61,723 nucleotides of DNA, from the IMG/VR virus record IMGVR_UViG_3300030376_006080, positions 1 to 61,723 of that record; one strand, written 5' to 3'. Below are positions 1-9,652 of the stretch, piece after piece. The stretch is from a virus. Taxonomy: Duplodnaviria > Caudoviricetes. The position numbers were made by a program, and so were the translations under genes. The first letter of the stretch is position 1, and each line of letters begins with the position of its first letter. The notes below the pieces were generated by a model. It worked only from the letters and a program-made list of their open reading frames with translations, did no database searches and had not been told where the DNA came from.

Positions 1-321
1 ATCCCAGCCACTCTGTCTGATTAGATCAAGTACGACAGATTCTAGGTCTTCAGACATTTCCCAATCAGACTGAAATATAAGATCGCCATTTACAAATAAT
101 TGATTGCCTGCGTTCTGATAGGAACCATCAACCATTTTCCATAACTCTTCGCCCACTTGTTCAATAGTCTTATCTTTATCCGATCCAGTAACTAAGTAGA
201 CTTTGTTTCCAGAGGATTGTTGCGTTCTGACCCAAAACTTAAAATATGTTTTGAAGTCAAGAACCATTTGTTTTCTGGATGGCGTTAATGTTCCATCAAC
301 ATCGAATAAATAATTAATCAT
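1..321 (-). CDS. HAD-superfamily phosphomannomutase-like protein (truncated at window edge)
   Basis: Manual translation from ATG at 321: MINYLFDVDGTLTPSRKQM...VYLVTGSDKDKTIEQVG. It has the DxDGTL HAD motif I and GSD...EQ as in eukaryote-type PMM. The frame is open to base 1. Confidence 0.75.
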   Translation of the reverse strand, partial: MINYLFDVDGTLTPSRKQMVLDFKTYFKFWVRTQQSSGNKVYLVTGSDKDKTIEQVGEELWKMVDGSYQNAGNQLFVNGDLIFQSDWEMSEDLESVVLDLIRQSGWD

Positions 322-348
322 AACTTAGTTCCTTATAAAGTTGATCAG

Positions 349-422
<74 letters not shown>

Positions 423-426
423 ATAG

Positions 427-498
427 TGACCTGTACGGGAATCGAACCCGTGTTGCCAGCGTGAAAAGCTGAAGTCCTAACCCCTAGACGAACAGGCC
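427..498 (-). tRNA. tRNA-Glu(TTC)
   Basis: Acceptor GGCCTGT/ACAGGTC, anticodon arm TCAGC-ttTTCac-GCTGG, T-loop GGTTCGATTCC. Confidence 0.95.
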
Positions 499-551
499 AG
501 AGAGGATGCTCGGACAATAAAATTTTGCACAATTTCAATCGTTTAATTTGA

Positions 552-1058
552 TTAAACTCGTCCGAAGTCATCCTCAATTCTTATAATATCGTCTTCTTGA
601 CACACACCTGTTTGAATCTCAAGTATAACTAAATCGTTAAGACCTGAAGCTCGAACTCGGTGTGTCTGGTATTTCTTAATATCAAAAGAATCACCAGCGG
701 AAATGTCAGTTGCTTGTCCGTTTAATTCTAAAGTCCCGAAGCCTTCTACTACGAACCAATGTTCATCTCTTTTGGTGTGTAGCTGTAGACTTAATCGCTT
801 ACCAGAATTAACTACTATCTTTTTTACTTTGACATATTCCTCATCAAGAAGAACCTTAAAAGAACCCCAATCTCTGTTCTCAAATGGCTTATCGCCTGAG
901 AACGGAGGCAGATTATAAAAGACTCTATCTTCTTTGTCTACCTCTTCCATTATGGGATTCTGTTTTCCACATTTTGGACACTCTTGTAAACTGCCATGAT
1001 TTTTAGCTGCGGGAGCTATCATATTGCAACAAATAAATCTGAACTGCTGTGTATTCAT
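552..1058 (-). CDS. Cupin protein, mannose-6-phosphate isomerase type II C-terminal-like, with N-terminal Zn-ribbon
   Basis: RDWGSF...VKKIVVNSGKRLSLQLHTKRDEHWFVVEG...EIQTG..EDDIIRIEDDFGR matches the ManC/PMI cupin pattern; N-terminal CC...CPKC. Confidence 0.85.
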   Translation of the reverse strand: MNTQQFRFICCNMIAPAAKNHGSLQECPKCGKQNPIMEEVDKEDRVFYNLPPFSGDKPFENRDWGSFKVLLDEEYVKVKKIVVNSGKRLSLQLHTKRDEHWFVVEGFGTLELNGQATDISAGDSFDIKKYQTHRVRASGLNDLVILEIQTGVCQEDDIIRIEDDFGRV

Positions 1059-1116
1059 ATTGTTCTCCTTTATTAACTAAAAGTATTGTATCATAAGATA
1101 GTCCAGTTTGCAAGAA

Positions 1117-1329
1117 TTATTCTGGAACTTTTCTATTAAGTTCAAATCTATTTGGATCAGCAAATCCAGAGTCAAGCATTTTGGCATCTGTAATATACTT
1201 TCCTTTGTCATCCTCACAGATAACAATACCATCAGTCAATTCTTCTACAACCATTTCGGCGTGTGAGCCAAACCAGCTTTTTGTAGTAATAGTATTTCCT
1301 GTAACATGTCTTGATCCTCTTCTAGCCAT
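1117..1329 (-). CDS. hypothetical protein
   Basis: ORF with SD-like GAAGGAG, co-oriented with neighbours. Confidence 0.6.
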   Translation of the reverse strand: MARRGSRHVTGNTITTKSWFGSHAEMVVEELTDGIVICEDDKGKYITDAKMLDSGFADPNRFELNRKVPE

Positions 1330-1451
1330 TTTATATGCTCCTTCTCAATCTTTCTTATTTCTCTATTGTATCTTCTGATGTCTCGTCTAGTAAATCTATC
1401 TAACTTAAAGAAGGGCAACATCGCAAGTGTTAGTATTACCCAAGCCATAGT

Positions 1452-1745
1452 CTACTCCCTGTAAAATCTTCCTGAGTTATATTGAAACTCAAGTCTTGGT
1501 TTTTTGAAGTAGTAAGTTTTCTTTCTTGGCTTGTAGAAGTCTGCTCTGAATGGAGCAGTTACAATTTCTCCAAGACCAAATGCCGTAGTCTCGATTCCTT
1601 CGATGACTTTAGCACCAGTATCAATTACAAAACTGCCAGCACTCTTAACATATTCGTCTAGTGGGACGAGTCTGAATTGTTCTGCGGCATTTACACTTGA
1701 TACCGGAATAAATAATAAAACTAAAATTGGTAAAAACTTTTTCAT
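1452..1745 (-). CDS. hypothetical exported protein
   Basis: Signal peptide MKKFLPILVLLFIPVSSVNA; GGAGG SD. Confidence 0.6.
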   Translation of the reverse strand: MKKFLPILVLLFIPVSSVNAAEQFRLVPLDEYVKSAGSFVIDTGAKVIEGIETTAFGLGEIVTAPFRADFYKPRKKTYYFKKPRLEFQYNSGRFYRE

Positions 1746-1936
1746 TATAAACCTCCATGTCTAAACTAAAAAGTATACTAGAGTGGCTAACAAACCAACT
1801 CCAAATAAAAGTAAGCACAAATACAGCAAAGCCTCCGTAGATTTCGTTTGCGCTCTATCTAAAATCTTTTTTTGTATGTCATCTGGTGACTTGAACCTCC
1901 CAGACGAAAGGTACTCTTCTCTATCTTCTTGCCAAC

Positions 1937-2137
1937 TCATTCTTCTGTTTCTAATCCTTTGACCTCGAATCCAAAATCACTATACGTTTTCCAAGCAGAC
2001 TCAACCAATTCTTCTTCCGGTGGTGAAAATCCTATTGGGTTGCTTCTTTTAATTACATCTAACGCAATACCCTCATCATCCATCTTAACTGAAACTGTAA
2101 TCTTTCCAATGTCTAAACTCAAATATCTATTTTCCAT
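1937..2137 (-). CDS. hypothetical protein
   Basis: ORF MENRYLSLDIG... packed directly after the methyltransferase. Confidence 0.55.
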   Translation of the reverse strand: MENRYLSLDIGKITVSVKMDDEGIALDVIKRSNPIGFSPPEEELVESAWKTYSDFGFEVKGLETEE

Positions 2138-2139
2138 AT

Positions 2140-2730
2140 CTAAACCTTTCTTATCCAAAGCTGATAGTCTTTATGAATTATCGTAAGCTGACTCGAAAAT
2201 AACTCAAGAAAATAATCTATCGCCGCCTTTGTTAAACCTTTATTTGCTAAAGACCCTTCTGATTCGGGATATCTTATACATAGTAAGTAATCATCTAACG
2301 CCATGATGCCGCCAGATTTCAAAACCCTAAAGGATAATAGCATGTCTTGCAATACTGCTCTCTCATCATGATTTCCATCTACATAAATGAAGTCAAAGTA
2401 ATCTTTGGGAAACGTGCCTACATAATCTATTGAATCACCCTTGATAACCTCAATCTTGTCTTTATGTCCACTGAGTTTAATATTATTTACAAACGTAGGA
2501 AATGCGTCACCAGTCCATTCAGCCCACACATCAATACACCAAAGCCTTGAGTGTTCATGTGTGAGAATATTATCAAGCATCCAAATTGCCGACATTCCTT
2601 CGTAAGAACCTATTTCAAGGAACTTGCATGGCTTGTCCTTATAACAAGAAAGAAACCTGTCGAACTCTCTTACGACTGGCTCTCCGTTCTCCTCAGAGAA
2701 CCAGTCATTTGTAAAAGTATAGTTAGTCAA
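2140..2730 (-). CDS. Class I SAM-dependent methyltransferase (Methyltransf_24-like)
   Basis: FLEIGSYEGMS motif I, FDFIYVDGNH, LKSGGIMALDDY. Confidence 0.85.
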   Translation of the reverse strand: MTNYTFTNDWFSEENGEPVVREFDRFLSCYKDKPCKFLEIGSYEGMSAIWMLDNILTHEHSRLWCIDVWAEWTGDAFPTFVNNIKLSGHKDKIEVIKGDSIDYVGTFPKDYFDFIYVDGNHDERAVLQDMLLSFRVLKSGGIMALDDYLLCIRYPESEGSLANKGLTKAAIDYFLELFSSQLTIIHKDYQLWIRKV

Positions 2731-2914
2731 CCCTGCTTTCCTCTACATACAATTCGGTAAGTCTTGTTTTTAGCTTTTCTTGGATGATATAAATCTCTGA
2801 TTCAAGCTCAGCACCTGAATACATCAAATCTTCCAAGTCATGGGCATCATAGTCGTTTTGCAAATAACATAATGCTCGTTCAATAATTTCAATTTGATAA
2901 TCTTTTAGTTCCAT
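2723..2914 (-). CDS. hypothetical protein
   Basis: MELKDYQIEI... with AAGGAG SD; overlaps the next start. Confidence 0.55.
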   Translation of the reverse strand: MELKDYQIEIIERALCYLQNDYDAHDLEDLMYSGAELESEIYIIQEKLKTRLTELYVEESRVD

Positions 2915-2924
2915 AATAATCTCC

Positions 2925-3296
2925 TTACCACCAGCTAGAATAAATAACAGTATAACCTTGTTTGATTGCGGCACGCGCCTGCACGATAAACTCACGATCT
3001 TGCTCTGCATAATGTTCGTCTGAGTTTTCACCGAAGAAGAAACCCTGTGTTTCCGGCAACGCATTTTCGTCAAGAGTTTCCTCCATGCTATCTAAGTCGT
3101 CAAGTGTCAACTCTAAATCAACACAATTAAAATCACCCTCGTTACCTTTCTCAAACCATAGGTTTTCCATGTACCCCTGTAAGCTAGGGTGTTTACGCCA
3201 ATACATTAGCTCCATACTATCTTCGTAGTATGTGAAGCCCTCGTCGTCTGTCTTTGCTTCGCCTCTGCGAGCAGTTGCGTATTGATCTAGTCCCAT
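2925..3296 (-). CDS. conserved phage protein (MGLDxY...YWRK...FFFG...SSWW type)
   Basis: Motif pattern MGLDQY, YWRKH, FNC, GFFFG, YSSWW recalled from a widespread phage family; AGGAG SD. Confidence 0.7.
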   Translation of the reverse strand: MGLDQYATARRGEAKTDDEGFTYYEDSMELMYWRKHPSLQGYMENLWFEKGNEGDFNCVDLELTLDDLDSMEETLDENALPETQGFFFGENSDEHYAEQDREFIVQARAAIKQGYTVIYSSWW

Positions 3297-3398
3297 TATA
3301 AAACTCCTATCCAATGTAAAAAGTAAATTAGAAAATATCCTAAGATGTATCCTCCGATGTACCATAGTATAACATACAAGGTCATGTCTGTCAAGTCT

Positions 3399-3635
3399 TT
3401 AATTTCTTTTTTCATAATTATCTCGGCACATCTTACATACAGAGCCACCTTGTGACGGGTCTGAAGATTCATATCTTTTAATATTAAGACCTCCTGTTGA
3501 AGCTAAACGGCAAAGAGTATCTTCGCCATCCCACATGTGGTGCTTCCACTTAGCCTTATTTTGTGGTATCTTTTTCTTGGCGATGTATCCCACTTCAGAT
3601 AGGTTCTCTTTTATTATATCAAATAGTTCAAACAT
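3399..3635 (-). CDS. hypothetical protein, possible Zn binder
   Basis: HMWDGEDTLC...STGG...CKMC. Confidence 0.55.
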   Translation of the reverse strand: MFELFDIIKENLSEVGYIAKKKIPQNKAKWKHHMWDGEDTLCRLASTGGLNIKRYESSDPSQGGSVCKMCRDNYEKRN

Positions 3636-4059
3636 TTATTTCTCATAATCTTTCTGAGTTATAGTATATATTGCAAACATTGTGCCGAATATAAAGCCAC
3701 CAATTCCCGCAGCCCAAGCTAAACTATAAATTCCCACTTCTATAACCCTTTCCATGATTAGTATATTAGTTCCATGAGTCCCAAAAATAACCAAATGCCT
3801 ATGGCAAAAGGGGTGAGTGCAACTAACATCAATATCATGAAGTTATTATATTTGTCCTCATTTTCACTCATATTTCTTCCTCAATACTTTATTTGCTATA
3901 TATGTTATCGGATAAGCACATGTGCAAACTACAGTTAAAATCTGAGAAATGCTAAATAAACATTGTCCACAAGCTATCATGCCATTGATCCTAGCAATAT
4001 TACTGCCACAAATACACAAACCCAAAACCAATCCGTATCAGTTATTTTATTTGACTTAT

Positions 4060-4326
4060 TCATTCGCAAACTTCTTTCAATATATTATTTTTACGAAGCT
4101 CATACAATGCTCTTTGTAGGTCTTGCTCCAACTCTACAGATTCTGTTAGGCTGTAGACATTGTTCTCTACAGTAAGCTCAACAGTGGTATCAACTAACTG
4201 AACGAGTACATACTTACCGATATAAATATCAGCTATAATACTTTCGCCATAGTGAAGGCCATCGTTACCATTCTGCCCGATTACATTCATACGCTCGTCA
4301 TTCTCTTCGTAGTGATCTTTACTCAT
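4060..4326 (-). CDS. hypothetical phage protein
   Basis: Contains RMNVIGQNGNDGLHY, a motif recalled from marine phage ORFs. Confidence 0.55.
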   Translation of the reverse strand: MSKDHYEENDERMNVIGQNGNDGLHYGESIIADIYIGKYVLVQLVDTTVELTVENNVYSLTESVELEQDLQRALYELRKNNILKEVCE

Positions 4327-4481
4327 CCTTGCTTCTCCACATCATAATCTTCAATAGCATAGTCCCATTCTTCTGGTAGTCCTCTGACATCTACACACAT
4401 GCCACCTTCAATGACTACTGTGATTTCGTGATGTCTGTCCACTACCATCTCATGCTTACTTAAAGTTACTGTATTACTCAT
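4323..4481 (-). CDS. small hypothetical protein (52 aa)
   Basis: Manual translation MSNTVTLSKH...YDVEKQG; AGGAG SD. Confidence 0.55.
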   Translation of the reverse strand: MSNTVTLSKHEMVVDRHHEITVVIEGGMCVDVRGLPEEWDYAIEDYDVEKQG

Positions 4482-4491
4482 CTTCAATCTC

Positions 4492-4647
4492 CTAATAGTC
4501 TAGTACGCCGTAAGTTTCGTCACCATCATATACTTTATAGTCTAGTGACTCGTCTTCAATCAACTCCTCAAGATAATCCCAGACATCACAATTCAATACC
4601 TTGCGACCGTTTCCTTCAAACTCTAACTCAATTACTACCTTAGCCAT
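4492..4647 (-). CDS. small acidic hypothetical protein (51 aa)
   Basis: Manual translation MAKVVIELEFEG...YGVLDY; AAGGAGG SD. Confidence 0.6.
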   Translation of the reverse strand: MAKVVIELEFEGNGRKVLNCDVWDYLEELIEDESLDYKVYDGDETYGVLDY

Positions 4648-4661
4648 GATGACCTCCTTAG

Positions 4662-4767
4662 AAAAAAAACTGGCTTATCCGACTTACGCAGGCTCCACAA
4701 GGGGATGACATATCATGCTGCTCGGTTACGGCTTTGGATCACACCGTCACTTGTGACCTCGCCAGTT
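4662..4767 (-). ncRNA. putative structured small RNA or leader (~105 nt)
   Basis: Starts at the predicted TSS of promoter 4774-4801. 5' AACUGGC pairs with 3' GCCAGUU, followed by a U-tract. Internal stems ACGGU/GCCGU, CCGA/UCGG, GCAG/CUGC; possible CACAAG/CUUGUG pseudoknot. Confidence 0.6.
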
Positions 4768-4803
4768 GATTTGATTATACAATACTTATCGACAGTTGCA
4801 AGA

Positions 4804-5217
4804 CTAAACTTTAGATAAAACCTTTTTATTTTCGTAATAGTTTGGTAGGCTTTTGATGTGGCATGGAGTCATGATATGAGGTTGGATACGGTCTCTTTCA
4901 ACATTACAGTATTCAACATGACCACCCTTTGGTACATCATACCATTCAATGGTAACCTCACCGTCCTTATCTAGTACCTGAGCATGAAAGTCAACATCTA
5001 TAATCTTAACAACCCACTGCTTACCTAGCAGTTTGCTTTGGCCGTCGATTGTTATGACATCAATGAACTCACCTTCCATATCTATGTCAGTTACTTCTTC
5101 GTACCACTTACTGCCAGCCATACCACCGCCGCAGCTCATCGTGATTCTTTTGCCGCTTCCTCCTTTACGGGTTTCTAATCTTCGTTGGTAAATACTATTT
5201 AATCCAATGTTTGCCAT
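4804..5217 (-). CDS. hypothetical protein
   Basis: Start MANIGL at 5217 with AGGAG SD; the longer ORF-track start overlaps the tRNA. Confidence 0.6.
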   Translation of the reverse strand: MANIGLNSIYQRRLETRKGGSGKRITMSCGGGMAGSKWYEEVTDIDMEGEFIDVITIDGQSKLLGKQWVVKIIDVDFHAQVLDKDGEVTIEWYDVPKGGHVEYCNVERDRIQPHIMTPCHIKSLPNYYENKKVLSKV

Positions 5218-5247
5218 TTTAATTCTCCTAAAACGTGTTATACCGAG

Positions 5248-5321
5248 TAGGCTTGGTAGGATTTGAACCCACGACAAAGGGATTATGAGTCCCCTGCTCT
5301 AACCAACTGAGCTACAAGCCC
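5248..5321 (-). tRNA. tRNA with CAT anticodon, probably tRNA-Ile2 (lysidine type)
   Basis: GGGCTTG/CAAGCCT acceptor, GGGGA-ctCATaa-TCCCT arm; body AGCTCAGTTGGTTAGAGCA resembles bacterial ileX; no C1 mismatch as in fMet. Confidence 0.9.
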
Positions 5322-5461
5322 TTATGTCCTTTATTATACTTTATGTATCGTCATTCGCAAGTAGAAACTTTAGAAAAAATATTTATTTTTTAGACATCCA
5401 AACAATCCAGTCTTTCCAAGTGTAAGAATGTATTGGTAAACCCTTCACTGAAAGAAAATAA

Positions 5462-5782
5462 TTACTCATTATACTCATCGTCGTCCTCCTCTTCAAAGTT
5501 TCTAACATACATTGGAAAAAACTTATCCCAGCAGGTATCACAGGTGTTACTTAGCATAAGCTCACGTTGTCCCGCTGTTAGATATGAAAAGACATCCTGA
5601 ATATACTCTCCGTTATGCCAAGCAATGTAATCGCACTCATGCACTGATATAGTTTCCTCATAGTCACAATACTTACATTCTAGCTCTAATTCTAAATCTA
5701 GCGGATCAGTCATCCTCTCTTCCTTTCTTTTCATAGTCCCATATCGCATTTGATAAGAAAGACCTTGTGACTTTGTTTCCAT
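5462..5782 (-). CDS. hypothetical Zn-finger protein
   Basis: CKYC...IQDVFSYLTAGQRELMLSNTCDTCW; true start may be 5713. Confidence 0.6.
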   Translation of the reverse strand: METKSQGLSYQMRYGTMKRKEERMTDPLDLELELECKYCDYEETISVHECDYIAWHNGEYIQDVFSYLTAGQRELMLSNTCDTCWDKFFPMYVRNFEEEDDDEYNE

Positions 5783-5833
5783 CTTTTACCTCTTGGTTTA
5801 TTTTATCTGCTAAATATCTTAGCATCTTATTAT

Positions 5834-6343
5834 CTATAGTGATACTTCTAAGCATGTATGCTCCTTCCACCACTGCGGTTCTTCACGGTCAGTCCATACG
5901 CACTTAAAGCTACTACGCTTATCTACATTGTAAAAGTGTCTGTAAGCAGATACGCTGCACTCTTCCTTAAATTCATCGGGCATACACTGAGGCATTTTTG
6001 TCATTGATCTGGCTGGTATAGCTGGTACATTGTCTGCGCACCACTCGATCAACGATTGACTTGCGTGAATTTTGCCGTACCTGTGAGTATATTCCTCGCA
6101 CAAAGCAAGTGCATGTATAACCATCCATTCATAATTAGCAGTAGTAGTACGAACCCAGATGGTCGATGGGTGATTGAGGTGAGCCTGTTTATAAAACTTC
6201 TCTGGTCGTGTTGCATCGCTCGGACATGCGTGGTGTGCCGTACAAAGCATCTGCGCTGACTCAAGTATCATCTTAACTACATGTTTGTCACACTGTGACT
6301 GAGCCGATTCTACAGGACATTCTGATAGATAAAATATATTCAA
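5834..6343 (-). CDS. Pyrimidine-dimer DNA glycosylase / endonuclease V-like
   Basis: MNIFYL...CDKHVVKMILESAQMLCTAH...HLNHPSTIW...LCEEYTHRYGKIH signature. Confidence 0.85.
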   Translation of the reverse strand: MNIFYLSECPVESAQSQCDKHVVKMILESAQMLCTAHHACPSDATRPEKFYKQAHLNHPSTIWVRTTTANYEWMVIHALALCEEYTHRYGKIHASQSLIEWCADNVPAIPARSMTKMPQCMPDEFKEECSVSAYRHFYNVDKRSSFKCVWTDREEPQWWKEHTCLEVSL

Positions 6344-6573
6344 AGTTCATCTCCAAAGTCAAAATCTAGTCCTGACAATACATCTGAACTGGTCATCTGA
6401 ACTGTGTCGTCTGAACGAAAGCCTTTCTCACTGACATAGAAGTGCGGCTCTAAGTCTAAGTCTAGACCATTCTTTTCAATGTATGAGTTAAGTGCTGATA
6501 GAATTGCGTCTGATTCGTTAGCCCCTTGAATAATAATGTTCATATCTCCCGAACTGATATAATACTTTGGCAT
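6340..6573 (-). CDS. hypothetical protein
   Basis: MPKYYISSG...YVSEKGF; start TTG, translationally coupled. Confidence 0.55.
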   Translation of the reverse strand: MPKYYISSGDMNIIIQGANESDAILSALNSYIEKNGLDLDLEPHFYVSEKGFRSDDTVQMTSSDVLSGLDFDFGDEL

Positions 6574-6574
6574 C

Positions 6575-7132
6575 TTATTCTCCTTTGATTTCGATATTTA
6601 TATCGAGCAGTCGCTCAATCTCCTTTGGAATCTTCTTTATCTTACTATCTCTATCGGGCTTTGTCAACTCTTTTCTTGAATCTGTTTTGATAATTTTTGT
6701 ATTTAGATGCTCTGGATCGTACATAGTTCGTGTAATCTTTATCTGTTTAGATATAACAATCCTCTCGCAGTGATCTATATTGTCATAATAATGAGTATAC
6801 CATTTACCTCTATAGAAATAAGGAGCCATACCGTTTATCTTGTCTAGACCATAGCTTTTGTTGTCAAGTGTAAAATAATCCACAACAACATAGTCAGAGC
6901 CTTGATACCAGTTGCCGGTCTGCTTACCTTCTTTTGTTTCTGGCAACAATACATTCTTGCGATACTCCCAGAATATAACCTGAATAAACTGTCTCTTTAT
7001 TTCAGGCGGCGTATTAGACTCATAGTATTTATGATTGACTTCTATCAAGTCTACATAATCAACCACTACAACTTTTTCTTTAATACCTCTGTCTATAGGT
7101 AATAACATTAGTAATAATGCTAAGAATTTCAT
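6575..7132 (-). CDS. hypothetical exported protein
   Basis: N-terminal hydrophobic stretch; VDLIEVNH...QVIFW motif. Confidence 0.65.
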   Translation of the reverse strand: MKFLALLLMLLPIDRGIKEKVVVVDYVDLIEVNHKYYESNTPPEIKRQFIQVIFWEYRKNVLLPETKEGKQTGNWYQGSDYVVVDYFTLDNKSYGLDKINGMAPYFYRGKWYTHYYDNIDHCERIVISKQIKITRTMYDPEHLNTKIIKTDSRKELTKPDRDSKIKKIPKEIERLLDINIEIKGE

Positions 7133-8358
7133 TTTTTCCAGCCGTTCTTTAGCAACCTTAAAGCGTTAAGGCCAAGAAACTTTTGAATTATTACATCTGG
7201 ATACCTAAGTGCAGATAGATACTTTGTTATTCTTGGTAGCTCAGACATATCTACTATTTCGTCTGGAGGGTCAGTGAATCCATCAAAGTCAGTACCAATA
7301 GCTATAGAGTCAGCCGAACCAACGGAGCGAATATGATCTATGGTTTGTTCTATGTATTTAAGTCCAAGACCTGTATCTGTCGGTGAAATCCAATAGTTCA
7401 TAAATATAATACCAATTAAACATCCATGATCTGACATCCATTTAATTTCTCTGTCAGTAAGATTATACATATTTCTATTTACGGAAAATGCTCCTACATG
7501 AGAGGCTAATAAACATTCTTCTTTATTGTAATGCTCAACAATGTCGAAGATTTGTTGCCTTGCTTTTGGTGTGCAGTGTGATATATCTATTAACATACCT
7601 AAGTCGAGCATCTTCTCGACAACCTTTTCACCAATAGGAGTTAGACCCTTTGTTTCATCCCAGCGACCAAGCATACCTCTCCAGTCATTGCTATGGCCTG
7701 ATCCGTACTCTGGAAATGGGAATACAGGATAAACACAATCATTCTCATAGAAGTGTGCTAATGTAAGATATGCTACCCCGAAGTCAAAGAACTTCTGTAG
7801 ATTATCTAAACATATTTTTTCTTTTTCTTTGTATGTGAGAGGAGCTTCAAATGGATATGATGAAGCTGAATTGTTTTGTAGTGAGTGACCTCCCTCAACT
7901 GAATGGATCAAAGCGAGCGTACCTCTGTCTAATGAAACATCCAAATCCTCCACACTTTTACATATAGCTATTTGTCTATTATTCTTATCCTCATTCCACT
8001 TCGCTGTTTGCATCTCTATATCATACATTGTAGACATAGTGGCATCAAAATACGAAGAGTTATATATTTTCTTCTTTATGCTAGGAAAAAGAGTAACTAT
8101 TTTTTTGATAATGCCAATGTCGGCAAACCATCCACCTTCAGGGACATAAGCGGTAGATAACATAATATCTAAACCGCCATTCATAATTTTAGGGAATGTG
8201 GCTCTGCTACTAAAAGGCCAAAATTTCTCCTTAAAAAACTTCGCAAGAAGTTTAGTGTTGCTAGAAGTCAAGTCTCTGTTGAAGATTGATGCCTTTATCG
8301 CAGAGTGACAATGAAGGTCTGTTACTATACTAGTTTGGTGTAATTTTTCCCAGTTCAT
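7129..8358 (-). CDS. Membrane/renal dipeptidase-like metallopeptidase (peptidase M19)
   Basis: DLHCH, SVEGGH, LTLAH, GLTPIGEKVV, IDISH, ASH, RNxxNLTD, IGTDFDG motifs. Confidence 0.9.
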   Translation of the reverse strand: MNWEKLHQTSIVTDLHCHSAIKASIFNRDLTSSNTKLLAKFFKEKFWPFSSRATFPKIMNGGLDIMLSTAYVPEGGWFADIGIIKKIVTLFPSIKKKIYNSSYFDATMSTMYDIEMQTAKWNEDKNNRQIAICKSVEDLDVSLDRGTLALIHSVEGGHSLQNNSASSYPFEAPLTYKEKEKICLDNLQKFFDFGVAYLTLAHFYENDCVYPVFPFPEYGSGHSNDWRGMLGRWDETKGLTPIGEKVVEKMLDLGMLIDISHCTPKARQQIFDIVEHYNKEECLLASHVGAFSVNRNMYNLTDREIKWMSDHGCLIGIIFMNYWISPTDTGLGLKYIEQTIDHIRSVGSADSIAIGTDFDGFTDPPDEIVDMSELPRITKYLSALRYPDVIIQKFLGLNALRLLKNGWKK

Positions 8359-8361
8359 TTC

Positions 8362-8676
8362 TTACCTGTTGTTTCGATAAAAATTAAATAAGAACCCATT
8401 GAAAGAGCTATAGTTCTGATTGTAATAACTATTATATCTACTTGTATTCATTCCATTTGAATTTCTGTTGAAAGTATAATAGGTTGGCCTATAGTTATAC
8501 ACATTTACACGAGGAACTCCGAACATATTTGACGGGCGTCTACGGTTGTAGTTTGATGAATAAAATGATGATCTATAGTTATAAGTATTATAGCTATAAT
8601 AGTTGGGGTTTTGCGCACTCAGACTATGAGGAAACAAAAATAAACAAGAAAGTAACGATGCAATAATAGTCTTCAT
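8362..8676 (-). CDS. Signal-peptide, Tyr/Asn/Ser-rich small protein
   Basis: MKTIIASLLSCLFLFPHSLSA followed by a low-complexity YNSF-rich tail; AAGGAG SD. Confidence 0.6.
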   Translation of the reverse strand: MKTIIASLLSCLFLFPHSLSAQNPNYYSYNTYNYRSSFYSSNYNRRRPSNMFGVPRVNVYNYRPTYYTFNRNSNGMNTSRYNSYYNQNYSSFNGFLFNFYRNNR

Positions 8677-8698
8677 AAAATTCTCCTTAAAAAAGTAG

Positions 8699-8770
8699 TA
8701 GGGCATAGAGGAATCGAACCTCTATTGTCGGTTTAGAAGACCGATGTTCTATCCGTTGAACTAATGCCCC
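8699..8770 (-). tRNA. tRNA-Arg(TCT)
   Basis: GGGGCAT/ATGCCCT acceptor, TCGGT-ctTCTaa-ACCGA arm, GGTTCGATTCC. Confidence 0.95.
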
Positions 8771-8774
8771 GCTG

Positions 8775-8981
8775 TCAAAAAATATTTGGTTCGTCTTCTC
8801 CCCAATCGGCATCTCTTGGGTGTATCAATTCAAGGCCAAGTTTTTCAAAGTATTCATAAGCCTGCTGCTTGCAGACAAATCTGGTTACTGGCTCTACAAC
8901 ACGGGTATCAGAATTTTTTTCAAAGACAATGTAGTGTTTGTCTAAGTCTTCGTAAACTAATAAATATTCTACTTCAGGCAT
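8775..8981 (-). CDS. hypothetical protein
   Basis: MPEVEYLLVY...; overlaps the upstream stop. Confidence 0.5.
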   Translation of the reverse strand: MPEVEYLLVYEDLDKHYIVFEKNSDTRVVEPVTRFVCKQQAYEYFEKLGLELIHPRDADWGEDEPNIF

Positions 8982-9147
8982 TATGTTCCTCAACCCTCTT
9001 ACCATCTTTATCCATAGTAATCCATCCACACCCCTCGCATAATCCATAGTATCTTTCGTTATGTCTAACTAAGCCTATAAAATCATTCTCGTGGGCATGT
9101 TCTTCGCCAAATAATTCCTCTGTACACTGGTGACAAAAACTAGCCAT
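8974..9147 (-). CDS. small CxxC...CxxC protein (57 aa)
   Basis: Manual translation MASFCHQC...NDFIGL...LCEGCGWI. Confidence 0.6.
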   Translation of the reverse strand: MASFCHQCTEELFGEEHAHENDFIGLVRHNERYYGLCEGCGWITMDKDGKRVEEHNA

Positions 9148-9331
9148 TATTTCTTAAATCCTTTACTAAGCTGTAGTAGTCTACCTGCTGTTCACTAGGG
9201 GTTATTCTGGCGACTTCCCATTCTGGGTATCTTTTTTCTATTGACTCTTGTGCGCTTTTGATGTCAGTTCCTTCGACATACCTTACTTTGTTCACACCTC
9301 TTGTGTTTACTAAATTTACTATATACTTCAT
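9140..9331 (-). CDS. hypothetical protein
   Basis: ORF with AAGGA SD. Confidence 0.55.
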   Translation of the reverse strand: MKYIVNLVNTRGVNKVRYVEGTDIKSAQESIEKRYPEWEVARITPSEQQVDYYSLVKDLRNNG

Positions 9332-9652
9332 TTAGTAATCCTTACAAAAATAACTATAGATGATTAAACTAAGCAGAGCGCTTAATATATATGATCCAGT
9401 AATATCCTCTAATATATGCTTGTGGTTGAAAAGTATCGCCATTCTCTCAATACTGCTCATGACATTACTTCTCCCAATTAACAGGTAACATCCTCAGTAT
9501 AGCATATCTTCGGTTAGTCGCAACCTTTTTCTTTAGAAATTTTAGTAACTTTACCTGAGAAAGTAATAGTATAATTCCTAGAGTGGGACTGGCTACATAA
9601 CCTAAAGGTACAATGCTTACAATAGCAATAGTATTAACGAAAGAAAACTGCT

